DNA from: Octopus vulgaris
Lineage: Eukaryota
Direction: 5' to 3'
Length of the DNA stretch: 64,000 nt
Assembly (NCBI GenBank): GCA_951406725.2
Contig: OX597816.1
Coordinates: 47,182,001-47,246,000 of the forward strand
This document shows, piece by piece, positions 1 through 12,260 of the stretch (position 1 is the first letter of the stretch; every line of letters starts with the position of its first letter). The notes beneath the pieces are model-generated. The model was not told where the DNA came from and made no database searches. It was given only the letters and a program-made list of their open reading frames with translations. The translations under genes and the position numbers were made by a program.

Positions 1-620
1 AAGTTATTTATTGTGTGTTCTCCTTTTACACTTGGTCTTCTCTCCCTCAACATAAAAAGAAATATACTATGATCAAACTGTTCTAAGATTTTCAGTTGCC
101 ATCACAGGAAATCTGTTAAACACTTAGAATAATGTGATCACTTATGCGTTTTATATATATACATGTATATATACATACATACGTATATATAAATGTTTGC
201 TCACATGGCAACGCTTTTAAGCTGTCATACATTCTTCCACTTTGTTCCAGTACTGACCAGTGAATCGGTACTTTAGATATTGGTATTACTGTTGCTATGT
301 ACTGTAAATATATACATATATTTTTTTTTTTTTATTTTGCTAAAAGATTAAAACGACTGTTTAGGTCATTTTTATCTGAATCAGGGAATGATGATTGAAA
401 AGAAAAGAAAAAAAGACAAACAAACAAAAAACATGGAAATAGAGGGGAAACCTAAATTTGTAAATAATTTTCATTCTGTAGTGAAAGTTTAATATATGTT
501 TCCTTTGTCAGGAAAAGATAATAATCTCATTACTATTTGGACTGCAAAGTGTAAATACCTGTTTTAATACAATAAAAATGTAATATAAAAAAAAATAGTT
601 TCTTTGTCGGTTTTATTATG
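1..620 (+). other. Probable terminal 3'UTR and polyadenylation site of an upstream host gene
   Basis: TE-free AU-rich sequence with AATAAA at 571-576, then an A-run and a GT/T-rich downstream tract (tctttgtcggttttatt). SINE-dense DNA starts right after. No coding exon is visible. Confidence 0.35.
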
Positions 621-714
621 ATTCTTCTGTATTCTCTCTAATTTTTGCCTCTTCAGCAAATATTTACTCATTCCATTTGTGGACACTGCATGACTGAATG
701 ATTTATCGTTTTCT

Positions 715-925
715 TTTATCTTTCTCTTGTTTCAGTCATTTGACTGTGACCATGCTGGGGCACTGCCTTGAAAGGTTGTAGTCGAACAAATTGACCACAG
801 GACGTATTTTTTTAAACCTAGAATTTATTCTATCTGCCTCTTTTGTTGAACTACTAAATTATGGGGATGTAAATGCACTAACACTGGTTGTCAATTGGTA
901 AGGGGACAGTCACAAAGACACAGAT
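715..925 (-). mobile_element. 3' half of the dominant tRNA-derived SINE family
   Basis: gtttcagtcatttgactgtgaccatgctggggcactgcc is the reverse complement of the family 3' stem-loop; matches the full copy at 43691-44108. Confidence 0.8.
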
Positions 926-2662
926 ATATATATATATGTGTGTGTGTGTGTGAGTGGATTTGGTGGACAGAAACTGAAAGAAGCCTGTCATATATCATCA
1001 TCATCATCATCATCATTTAGCGTCCGTTTTCCATGCTAGCATGGGTTGGACGGTTCAACTGGGGTCTGTGAAGCCGGATGTGTGTTTGTGTGTACACTTA
1101 TTGTTACATCAAATGATAGCTGTAACCGAGCATTGCTGTCACACAAGCGATGGTGTTTGTTTCCTATCTTTTGTGGATAACATGTCTGGCCTTGAGAAAT
1201 ATTACCTTATGAGGGTTGGTGACAGGAAGGGCATCTGGATGTAGTAAGCATTTCTCAATAAATTCCATCTGACCCATGCAAACGTTGGAAAAGTGGGTGT
1301 TAAATGATGACGATGACTACCAACTGAAATAAAATGCCTTGAGTATGAAACCTGCAGCTATCATTTGAGCCCTACCTTTGGAACCAGGTCAACTTGGGTT
1401 GATGTGACCTATCATCAAAAATGTTTCAGCTGTGACCACTTCATCTTTCTAGTGGTATACCTTGAACTACATCATCCAATGTATCCTTATTTAAAAGAGT
1501 AGAGTAAATTTGAAGACAGATTTGGTTGGTATTACTAGCTGATTGAACAGCCACACAGGTTCCCACTCTTCAGCTTGTTTAGCTTTTATCGAAATTTTAT
1601 TTGAAACTAGATACCAGTGAAGATTGTGCTTCTCAAAATTTTGGACTTGGGAGTGAATTGGCTGAGTCATCAGAGCATAAAACAAAATGCTTCCAGTATT
1701 GTTACAGCTCTGTCCTGAATTTAAATCATATCAAAGGCAGTTTTGTCCTTCATATGTTGGAGGTGATAAAATAAGGTGCTAGTCCTGGACAGTGGTTCTC
1801 TGGAATTAATAGAGCATTGGATGAGGATTTTTTGCAGTATTTCTAGTTTTTTTTTTTGGCATACTGAATTCTTGGGTGGTACACTTCACCTGATTCTTGG
1901 GTATCTTTAGCAGAGTTTGTTCAAATGCAAACATTTGGACCAGGTCTCGGTTCCCAGTTTGAAGATAACTTTCTCCTTTTATTCCACCAGTCTCATAAGT
2001 CCTGACACAGTAAACAAGGTTATAAAGAAAGAAAGAAAGCAAAGTGATGCACCAACATATTTAGAACAATCACTGGTACCGTATTTGGCCAATGAAAAGA
2101 AGCAACAATGGTGTTCAAATATTCATTAGATCCATCATAGACTACATCTGTCTTAAATTGTCTCAACCTGTTTCCCCAATCTCTACACTACAAACTACTG
2201 ATAACATAAAACAGGGCACTACATATCATGACATGTATATGGACCACATTCGCAGGATTACATACGTAATGAAATGAAACCCCAACGGTATGTGTCTTTT
2301 TGCTCAGAAACCATCTCCAAACTTCAAGGCACATGTACAACATCCAGTTAATTATTTCCAGAGTTGTACATCAAGTGGTTTTCACTCTAAATTTTAATCT
2401 AATTATTGCTGAATATTTTAATATGAATCTTTTGATAATTTACACCTATTTATGTAACTTTTTGCCTGGGTGCTTTTTCTCTTGGTATGTGTGACTTTTA
2501 TTTAGTGTCCTTTAGTAGATTTTAGCTATTGAAACAGTGCTTTTTAAAATTATGAATTGGTAACTTTGACTATTTCTGCATCTTAAAAATTGAATGGCCT
2601 TTGGGCAAGCTGAATTCCAGCACCCTTTCAATTGAGTTAAAAAAAAACAATAACTTTCGCTA

Positions 2663-2895
2663 ATTTACATTATTTACATTTGACGGATATTTGTCCTCAT
2701 CTTGCTTGTTGTTAACGCAACGTTTTGGCTGATATACCCTCCAACCTTCATCAGGTGTCTTGCAGAAATTTTGAACCTGGGTTCTCATTCCTAAGGTATT
2801 TTTTGATGTTATTATTATTATTATTAAGGTCACTGCCTGGAATCGAACACAGAATCTTGGAGTTAGTAGCCCGCACTCTTAACCACTATGCTATA
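2663..2895 (-). mobile_element. tRNA-headed SINE whose body contains a hammerhead-like motif
   Basis: Minus strand reads A box TAGCATAGTGG, B box GTTCGATTCC, an (AAT)n linker, a body with CTGATGA...AAAACGTT, and an aatgtaaat-repeat tail. Confidence 0.7.
2714..2759 (-). ncRNA. Degenerate minimal type I hammerhead ribozyme motif
   Basis: GACAC-CUGAUGA-A-GGUUG(loop)CAGCC-AAAA-C-GUU-GCGUU. Stem II pairs, G12 is replaced by A, and stem I has one mismatch. Confidence 0.55.
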
Positions 2896-2898
2896 GTC

Positions 2899-3235
2899 AC
2901 AGGCGTAGCTGTGTGGTAAGAAGTTTGCTTCCTGATCACATGGTTTTATGTTCAGTCCCACTATGTGGCATCATGGGTAAATATCTTCTACTATAGCTCC
3001 GGGTCGAACAAAGCCTTGTGAGTGGATTTGGTAAACGGAAACTGAAAGAAGCTCGTTGTATAAAAAAATGTCTGGTACTATTCTATCGGTTTCTTTTTAT
3101 TGAACCACACAGCGGTTCGGTTAAAGACATCGATAGACTAAAGAAAATCAAGTATTGGGGTCGATTTGTTCGACTAAACTCTTCAAGGTGTTGCCCCAGC
3201 GTGGCTGAAGTCTAATGACTGAAGCAAGTAAAAGA
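2899..3235 (+). mobile_element. Dominant SINE family, rearranged copy
   Basis: Head caggcgtagctgtgtggtaagaagtttgcttcc...; 3' end ggtgttgccccagcgtggctgaagtctaatgactgaagcaagtaaaaga. Confidence 0.75.
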
Positions 3236-3239
3236 TATA

Positions 3240-3467
3240 TTTCTTTACTGCCCACAAGGGGCTAAACACAGAGGGGACAAACAAGGTCAGACGAAGGGAT
3301 TGAGTCGATTATATCGCTCCCAGTGCGAAACTGGTACTTTATTTATCGACCCCGAAAGGATGAAAGGCAAAGTTGACCTCGGCGGAATTTGAACTCAGAA
3401 CGTAACGACAGACGAAATACCGCTAAGTATTTCGCCCGGCGCGCTAACGATTCTGCCAGCTCGCCGC
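3240..3467 (-). mobile_element. Second tRNA-derived SINE family (gcggcgagctggcagaatcg head)
   Basis: Closely similar to the copies at 45385-45613 (+) and 50852-51081 (-); B-box-like gagttcaaattcc. Confidence 0.8.
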
Positions 3468-3925
3468 AAGTAAAAGATACTAAATGTAGATGAAGCAATA
3501 AAGCGCTTATTACAATAAACAAACCAGTGAAGCAGCAAAGCCTCGAATCCTTTCTTCAACTAGGGGAAAGAGAGAGAGAGCGTGCATATGTGTGTGTGTG
3601 TGCGTACCATCGCTGGCAATATTTTCGGCTCATTTCCGTTACAGTCATTGAGTGGTGGATGGATGGGTAAGAGAAAATCCAGAGTCTGCTATCTTCCATA
3701 GATGTAACGATTTTCATCTAATAACATATAGGATATTGACATAACTGGAAAAAAAAAAAAAAAAAAAAAAAAAATCCGGAACACATATTATCTTATGGGT
3801 CTCTCTTTCATTTGAAAATGATTTTATAGCACATCTATTTTTTGTTACTATTTACTATATCTTTTTCTAATGACATAATTGCCAAATAATTCCGTCTTTG
3901 TGTTACGGATGACCATAAATACACC

Positions 3926-3987
<62 letters not shown>

Positions 3988-4503
3988 TAAAGTAAAAATA
4001 AATTATTAAAAATCTAAAAATCGCAATTATTATGTCTTCCAATTGCTTTATAAACTAGTATGCGTTTATGAAAGCTTTTAATATAGCGTTTTATTTCTCA
4101 TGTTATAACTTTCTATGTCCTACTTATTTCATCTTTCAGTTGGTTCTTTGATATGCACAGACCACTTAAATATCGTTTAATAACCATACAAACTCAATTA
4201 TTTAAAATAATTATTACAAAGTGAAAGCATTTAACCGATAACATAGTTGTTGAAGCAATTCATATAATAGCTTTTCAAACTTTATTTTACTGCCAAAGTT
4301 GAGTTTCAAAATTCCATAACTCTGCGTGTGTATGGTTAAGAAGCTCTCTTTAAACCATGCGGTTTCGGGTTCATTCCCTTCGTGCGGCACCTTGAGTAAG
4401 TGTCTTCTATTATAACTCCGGGCCGACCAATACCTTATTAAGGAATTTGGTAGGCTGAAACTGTGTGGAAGCCCGTATATATATATATATATATATATAT
4501 ATA

Positions 4504-6156
4504 GCCTGCAACAATCCTACGTGAAGGAGAGAGCAGATAAAGAAGCCTGGGTTATGAAAAATATCAGGTCAAATCCAAAGGCTTTCTTTCATTATACCAA
4601 AGAAACAACCTCAGTACACTGCAAAATAGAACCCGTCTTCCAGAAGGATGGCTCCCTCACAGATAACCCAACCAAGATTGAGGGACTGAATCATAAGTTC
4701 AAAAGTGTCTTTATCACCCCGTTGGAATACAAACAAGTGAATGAACCGGTGGATTTTTTGACGCCTCATCTATAACTAGCGAGGCAGTTACAATGGATTA
4801 CATTGACATTGCTAAAGAAGATATACTAGCCATTGATGAGGTGGACGCAAACACAACTGCTGGCCCTGATGGCTCCCCAGTAATCCTCCTCAAATCGTGT
4901 AAACGTGCCCCGGCGAAACCACTACAGATTCTCTTATGGAGTTTTCTTGCAAATGGCAAGCTGCCAAGCAAACTGAGGGAGGGAATAATATGCCTAACCC
5001 ATAAAGGAAGAAGCAGAGCAGATGCCAAAAATTACAGTCCTATCTCTCTGACTTCACACATTAGCAAAGTCATGGAACGAATAGTCACAGGGAAACTAAT
5101 CGCATTCCTTGAAGAAATTGACTTGCTGAGTGATACCCAGCTCCTACAACTATGACTAGGTGTTGAGACAGTTACTCGACAACTCAAATGTGGACGTAAT
5201 ATACCTTGACTTTACAAAAGCTTTTGATAAAGTTGATCATGGTATGATATGCCACAAATTGCGTAATCTAGGCATAGATGGAAAACTTGGAGAGTGGTTA
5301 CATGATTTCCGAAAGATAGAAGTCAGGCAGTAGTGGTCAATGAAGCCACCTCAAAGAAAAAACAAATAGTGAATGGTGTTCCACGGGGTACTGTCTTGGG
5401 ATCAGTGCTTTTCATAGTGGCCCTCTCAGATATGCCTTCGGCTGCCCGGATAGCCACTCTTGCTAGTTACGCAGATGATACGAAAATTTTGCAGAAAATA
5501 CAAAACCCTAGCGATGTTGCACGCCTGCATCAGGAGTTGGACGCTATATACAGATGGGCTGAGGACAATGATATGCAGTTTAATGCTGGAAAATTCCAAG
5601 CCATGCGCTACCAGCGTCCAAAACGGAACGAAAATCTTACTGGGTACACTAGTCCAGTAACAACTACAATCCCAGAATCTAAATCAGTGCGTGACCTGGA
5701 TATCAACACTTTCCAAGTGCACATTACCAAGATGGCGACAAAGTGCAAACGACTGGCTGACTGGATCCTGAGAAGCTTCAGAACCAGAGAGAAGGAAAAC
5801 ATGATGGTCCCCTGGAGGACATTCGTCCTCAGCCGCCTTGACTACTGTTCCCAACTATGGTCACCCCACAGTGTAAAATTAACAGCAGATCTTGAAGCAA
5901 TCCAGCGAAGCTTCACGAAGGTCGTCTCCTTGCAACAGGTCAGCTACTGGGAAAAGCTGAAATGGCTAAGACTCTACTCCCTGTAGCGAATTCGGGAGAG
6001 ATATACATCTGGAAGATCCTGGAAAGGATTGTGCCAAATTTTGGCATTGAAAGCTGCGCAAATACCAGAACGGGTCGCCACTACACTGTGCCAAAAATCC
6101 CAACAATGCCGTCGCATTTTAGGACCAGTTTCTGCAACAACATGGGTTTCAATGGC
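4504..6156 (+). pseudogene. Truncated, frameshifted LINE ORF2 (RT region), same family as the intact element at 33618-36722
   Basis: Consecutive ORF pieces KERADKEAW..., YSPISLTSHISKVMERIV, GVPRGTVLG, YADDTK and LDYCSQLWSP align colinearly with the intact ORF2. It carries stops and frameshifts and starts right after a (TA)n tract. Confidence 0.92.
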
Positions 6157-7578
6157 GAAGTAATGATTCTCCTCCAATTGTATGAGACTTCCCAGACTTA
6201 ACAATTAATGCAATGTTGTATGATGTAATCAACCCATCATTCTCTTGTTTACTAGTTTTACAGAGTAGCATGTTGAATGTTTGTGTTTGCTTTTTGAAAG
6301 AGGCGCTCGGTTGCAAAAAGCTTGTGCTTCTTGTCAGAATGCTTTGCATCAAAGTGATACTTCAAGCGTGGAGGTTTCATTGCTTCGTTGGTCAATGTCT
6401 GATGGCAAAGAAGGCACACTGGTAACTGACAGTTCTGAGGAGAGGGAATAAATCCAAACGATAAATAATCACTACTGTACTGTCAACAAATTTTCTTGAC
6501 TGGAGGCATCAGTTAAGTGAAAACGAATTTCTACGGACGGCGTCAGAAAGGTAGTGTGGTATTCCTAAAAAGAAGTTGATAAAGCAGAGTCAGGCGGCAT
6601 GTATTTACTGGAACAAATACGGATCTAGTTCGTTTAGCTACCAGCATTTCAAAAATTAAAGTTTATCGATTTTTTAAAAATTTGGCACATTAATATATCT
6701 TTCCAAGCTAAATTGCTGGAGTTATTCAACTTTTTCCAGAAAAATGTTTTTAAAAAGTTATAAAGTTTTAAAGTTTTATCATTTTCATCCAGTCAAGAAG
6801 TTGTCATTTTGTGCGTGACTGCACGTTTTGTCAACATCCTGAAAATAGCACTTTTCTTTTGATATGAGACCGTAGAATTACGCACGACATACAACCCTTC
6901 ATAACATTTTTTTATTTTCCGGAGTTTTCAGAAAGTTTTTGGGCGATCATTCGTTACTAGTAACATAACTGTCATTTCTAAACCCATGTGGGTTTATTTA
7001 CATTTCTGAAGAAAAAAAAAGGATACCCTTCCCCCACCCCTAACCCTAACCCCACATATATAAAAAAAATTACGGAAAGTGACGATCTTCTTCAAATGTA
7101 AACAAATACACGTGAGGTAAATGGGACTCATATCGAAAGAATGCCAGTTTTTGTGAAATTGTATTCTATATGTGGAATTTCATAGGATTATGCAAAAAAA
7201 AGAGAAAGAGTGGTGGAGCGTGATTTAAGGCCTAGGCCTACTTCGCTGTTATTTTTAGCACATATGACAACCATCTCAATGACTGTGCGACAAAAATATT
7301 CGATCGATTTTTTAATACTCTCATGGGAGTAGTTAAATCGATAAAAGTGCATCCTTATTTTAGGCATGCTTAGATATAGTTAAATGCAGACTTGATTTCT
7401 AAAAATTCTTTGTCACCCACAAAATGTTCACATCGCCCGTCAAAATCTCAAATCATTTACCGTTTTCTAGAAATTTGCCCAATCGCCCACTTAGGGAAGC
7501 TATGATCTACACGCTTCATTTGGTAGTCGGCTACATCATATCGACGTGTGATATGGTATGTCACTTCAGCCCGCTACA

Positions 7579-8820
7579 CTGAAGCATCCCGTATACGTAT
7601 CTATAAAATGAAAGTTGAAATTTTGAAAAAAATTACATGTGTGTCAGTATCTATGAGTGCTCGCCCACCATTTTTTTTTATGCACACATTAAATTCCGGG
7701 CAATCTTTCGTCTCTAGTAGACCTTTCCGTCGATTTCCGTAAAAATTTTTTTTTTTACATATGGGCTTGTGGGAACTTTTGAAGTAATGAGAGCGAAAGA
7801 GACTAAGAGAAAGCGATTGTATGACGAGGGAAGTTCTTTTGAAGTTACCGTCCAGGGGGAGCATTGATGTACATGTGTGTGTGTGTGTGTGTTTGATGGG
7901 GTGTGGGAGACAGAAAGTATGTTGTGTGAAAGAAAGAGATAACTGAAATTTTTTACTCGGTGTATGTGTATATGTATGTATATCACTTCAAAAGTTCCCG
8001 CAAGCCCATATGTAAAAAAAAAATATTTTTTTACGGAAATCGACGGAAAGGTCTACTAGAGACGAAAGATCGCCAAATTCCGATATAATTATTATGTACA
8101 CCACCTGAAAGGTATTTGTAGAACATTTCCTTAAAAAATATCCATTTCTCTGAAAGTTATGAGTTGGTGTGGGTAGCATACTTATGTTCGTATGAAAGGG
8201 TGCTTTCGCTAATCTTGACATTTGTTACGGAGCGTCGACCATAAAAGTTTTATTCCCTTCTTTGTATATTCATACGTAATAATTTGTTATAACTTTGTGC
8301 TCTAAATAAATTTAATTGTCAAGACCAAAATGAATAAAGAAATATAAAACTAATAATTTTTTTCGAAGAGAGGGGTTAGGCACCTTGGGTAAGTGGCTTC
8401 TACTATAGCTTCAGGCCGAGCAAATCCTTGTCAGTAGATTTAGCAGACGGAAACTGAAAGAAGCATGTCGTATATATACATACTGCGATGGTGTGTTTAC
8501 GGCAAAAGAAATCGACAGAATAAGTGCCAAGCTTAAAAGAATGTATTGGAATCGATTCGTTCGACAAAAGATTCTTCAAGGCAGTGCCCCAGCATGGTTG
8601 CAGTCCAAGGTTGAAACAGCTAAAATATAAAAGCTGTAAGATAGGGTTACAATTATGCTCTCCAACGCTCTTGACTGTTCACCAATACATCAATCTGAAA
8701 AAGGAGACATTAAAAAAATCATCAAATTTAGCCTGAACATCCGATATACGTATCTATAAAATGGAAGTTGAAATTTTGAAAACATTACGTGATGTATGTC
8801 AGTATCTATGTGTGCGCGCC
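7579..8820. mobile_element. Foldback-like non-autonomous element remnant(s)
   Basis: ~85-bp direct repeats at ~7585 and ~8738 (tatacgtatctataaaatg.aagttgaaattttgaaaa); ~88-bp inverted arms at 7699-7785 and 7985-8074; a SINE lies at ~8375-8630. Confidence 0.5.
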
Positions 8821-9222
8821 TACGTATGATTAACCTCTTGAGTGTACTGATCATGGTTTATCAGACCCAAAGTCTTGGATTCCATGATTTCGGATTAAAA
8901 TTACCACTTACAACGTTTCTTCGACCTCGCAATAAAATGTTCTGCTTGGTAACTTTTGAAGTTGCTGCTTTAGCAATGAGTAGTCGTCAACTTATTTACA
9001 AGAACCGAGGATCTTGCAAAATAACATCCATCAGACACTATATTTTAATTCTTGTCGAAAATTTGATGAATTTTGTTTTCATATCCGATCCAGGAGGCTA
9101 TACCCCACCCTACTTCCCACACCCTCGCTCACCCGTCTTTTACTTGTTTCGATCTTTGAACCGTAACCATGCTGGAGGATTACTCGATCCCAATTTTTAA
9201 TTTTTGTAAAGTCTGGTACTTA

Positions 9223-10153
9223 CCGTAAATCCTCGAGTATAATCCGCCCCCCCCCCCCCCAAATTTTAAAGGTCAAAATCCCTAGTGTGTACTACATACG
9301 AGGTTAAAAATGAAAAATATTTTTTAAGCAATGTCCGAATCTCTATTTGCTGTCCGGCAATGTTTATTCAGACGCATTTTGTGATGTCGGGCGCGAAAAT
9401 ACCTTAAGCTAAGCCTGAAAGCAATGAAGTCATAAAGTGATTTATGGACTGAATGGATGTCGACTGGAGAAAAGTCGTTCACTAAAGGTGGAAAGGTTCG
9501 CGCTCCCGACCTGACTTTAATATGCAAATGGATCGCGTATGCATGGAATGAACTTGATCCTCAGATTATTGTGAAAAGTTCTATCAAATGTTGTATATCG
9601 TCTGCATCAAATGTTGTATATCGTCTGCACTGGATTGTACTCAGGATGACGTTGTACGGAAAGATGAAATAAATGAAAGTGAATCTTCTGATGTTGACTA
9701 TGAATCTGACGATGGCGGAGATTTACACTACAATGATGCTGACATGTTTACGGAGGAACAAATGGAACAGTTATTTGATGCCGAAAGTGACGTTGAATTT
9801 GAAAGATTTGAATAAATGTTTTTGCTTTTGTTTTTGTAACTGATAGTAATAAATATGTAAAGGCAATTTACTTAATATTTATTTTTCACTGACTCTATTA
9901 CTGTTATTTCTTTATTTTCTGCAAACAAAATGCACAAAAAAGCTACACGTTTGCATTATGTTATATGTACAATAATAATAAAGGACGTTACCGCATACAT
10001 TTTTACAAACCAAGGACATTATATAGATCTCTTTGACTCAAGTTAGAGAAGGGGTGCGTATTATACACAAGGTTTAGGTTTTTCAGAGGTACAGCCCCCT
10101 AAAAATCCCCTGCGTATTGTATTCAAGGGCGGACTATACTTGAGGATTTACGG
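9223..10153 (+). mobile_element. pogo/Tigger (Tc2-like) internally deleted DNA transposon inserted in a SINE
   Basis: TA|CCGTAAATCCTCGAGTATA...TATACTTGAGGATTTACGG|TA TIRs. The internal ORF piece TKGGKVRAPDLTLICKWIAYAWNELDPQIIVKS..KCCIS plus an acidic tail resembles a pogo transposase C-terminus. The SINE halves (~9137-9220 and 10156-10400) rejoin across it. Confidence 0.85.
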
Positions 10154-10399
10154 TATTTTATTGACCTTTTATGTTAAACCAATAAGTTACGGGATGAAAA
10201 CAAACCAACACCAGTTATCCAGCAGCAGAGTGGGGGAGTGTGAGATAAACAAACGTACGCATGCACACTTACATGCATGCATACGTACATACATACATAT
10301 ATGCATACATATATACGACGGGCTTCTACAAAGTTTTCGTCTACCAATTCACTCACAAGGCATTGGTCAGTCCAAGGATATTGTGGAAGACGCTTGGGT

Positions 10400-11700
10400 T
10401 AATGTTTACAAGTACAACGATACGAAAAAAAATCGACTTTTTTTTTATCTTGAAATTTTTTCAGCAGATTCCTATGTTTTCGATGACGGAGATTCTGAAT
10501 ATGCCAAAAACCATGTTTTCAAAATTTTCAGTTCCCCCCTCCCCACCCCAAATTTTAAAATTTTAACTTTTTTTCGAATTTTTTTTTTATATTAATCTAC
10601 GTGGAAAAATATGGAGATTAAGAATATGGAAAAAAGAAAATAATTAATTTCATATTTTTCATGAGGAAACTCCAAAATTGATTCGTACATCCATCGCCTC
10701 ACCATCCTGCTATCTAAAAGGGAAAACGAAAGAAATGCAAATACGAAAGGCTACTAAATGTGAGAGAGCTGTCCTAATGTGGATATAAGTGAGGGTCCAA
10801 CCATTCTTCTTGGCAGCAGTTAAGAATATGAAGACTGTGAACGCCCCTTGTCCATCAGGCATTATTTCTTAAGTGTATAACATATGTGGCATATTAGGAT
10901 ACGGCCTAATTTTGGGGGTGGGATGGGGAATTTCGGAAAATTCACCGGAGTCCACTTCAATTCGTCTTAACTTTCAAGAAAATGGATATTTTTTAATGAA
11001 ATTCTCTACAAATATAGACATGTTCAGAAACACCCGCGAGTGGGAAACGGTTCTCAAAAATAACCCCCAATTTTCTCCCCAAAATTCCTATGTCCTCGGA
11101 ATCTACATAGTCCGAGGTATATTTGTAGAGAATTTCATTAAAAAAATATCCATTTTCTTGAAAGTTAAGACGAATTGAAGAGGACTCCGGTGAATTTTCT
11201 GAAATTCCCCATCCTACCCCCCCCAAAATTTTGTATATTCGGAATCTACATGATATAACACATATTCGTAGAATATTTCATTAAAAAATATCCATTTTTC
11301 TGAAAGTTATGATCATCCAAAGTTCGGTGGGGGTGGGGTCAGAAATGTATAGTTATGCCCACCAAAATTTCATGAAACGTTTGATATTCGATGGGGGTCT
11401 TTTTATGTGGGTCAACGATTCACTCAATTTTTTTTTTTATCCAAATAACAACATCCACACTCAGACTATAGAAGGGCGATGGATGTTCATCGAGAAGAAA
11501 GATGACATTGTGGAAAATATTTTCACCAGAGATTTCATTATCATAATTTGTGCCATTTGAACGGTATTTCTATAAAATTTTATCAATATATATCCATTTT
11601 CCTGAAAGTTATGAGGAAAAATTGGATCTTGTGAAATTTCCGAAAGTTCGTTTGCGCAATTTTTTTTCATATTCGTTTTCTATACATTTTTTATATCTAG
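10400..11700. mobile_element. Foldback-like element with internal inverted repeats (shares motifs with the 7579-8820 block)
   Basis: ~110-bp inverted arms at 10908-11016 and 11118-11230; the motif aaaatatccattt..tgaaagtta recurs at ~8135, ~11143, ~11285 and (degenerate) ~11590. Confidence 0.55.
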
Positions 11701-11880
11701 TAGACTGCCCCCTTTTGTTGTTGTTGTTAACGGGTCTCAAATTGTATATTGACCAACAGTTGCCGTATTTGAGGGTGTATAAAACGCACCCCTCCCCACC
11801 GAAGGAAAAAAACCCCAACAAAACTAACGTCTCAAGAAAAATAAGAAAAATCACCCATATATGAAGTTGGGCCACCCATA

Positions 11881-12260
11881 AAAGGAGCACTCCGTCGGTT
11901 GCGACGATGAGGGTCCCAGCTGATACGATCAACGGAACAGCTTGCTCGTGATATTAACGTGCAAGTGGCTGAGCACTCCACAGACACGTGTACCCTTAAC
12001 GTAGTTCTCGAGGAGATTCAGCGTGACACACAGAATGTAACAAGGCTGGCCCTTTGAAATACAGGTACAAGAGAAACAGGAAGAAAGAGCGAGAGAAAGT
12101 TGTGGTGAAAGAGTACAGCAGGGTTCACCACCACCCCCTGCCGGAGCCTCGTGGAGCTTTAGGTGTTTTCGCTCAATAAACACTCACAATGCCCGGTCTG
12201 GGAATCGAAACCGCGATCCTCCGACCGCGAGTCCGCTGCCCTAACCACTGGGCCATTGGG
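11881..12260 (-). mobile_element. tRNA-derived SINE (third family) with probable target-site duplication
   Basis: Minus-strand head tggcccagtggttagggcagcggactcgcggtcggaggatcgcggtttcgattcc has A and B boxes; gggccacccata occurs on both flanks. Confidence 0.8.

Noticed and set aside
7037-7052. Telomeric repeat (CCCTAA)
   Set aside because: Only about two units, embedded in a probable transposon remnant.
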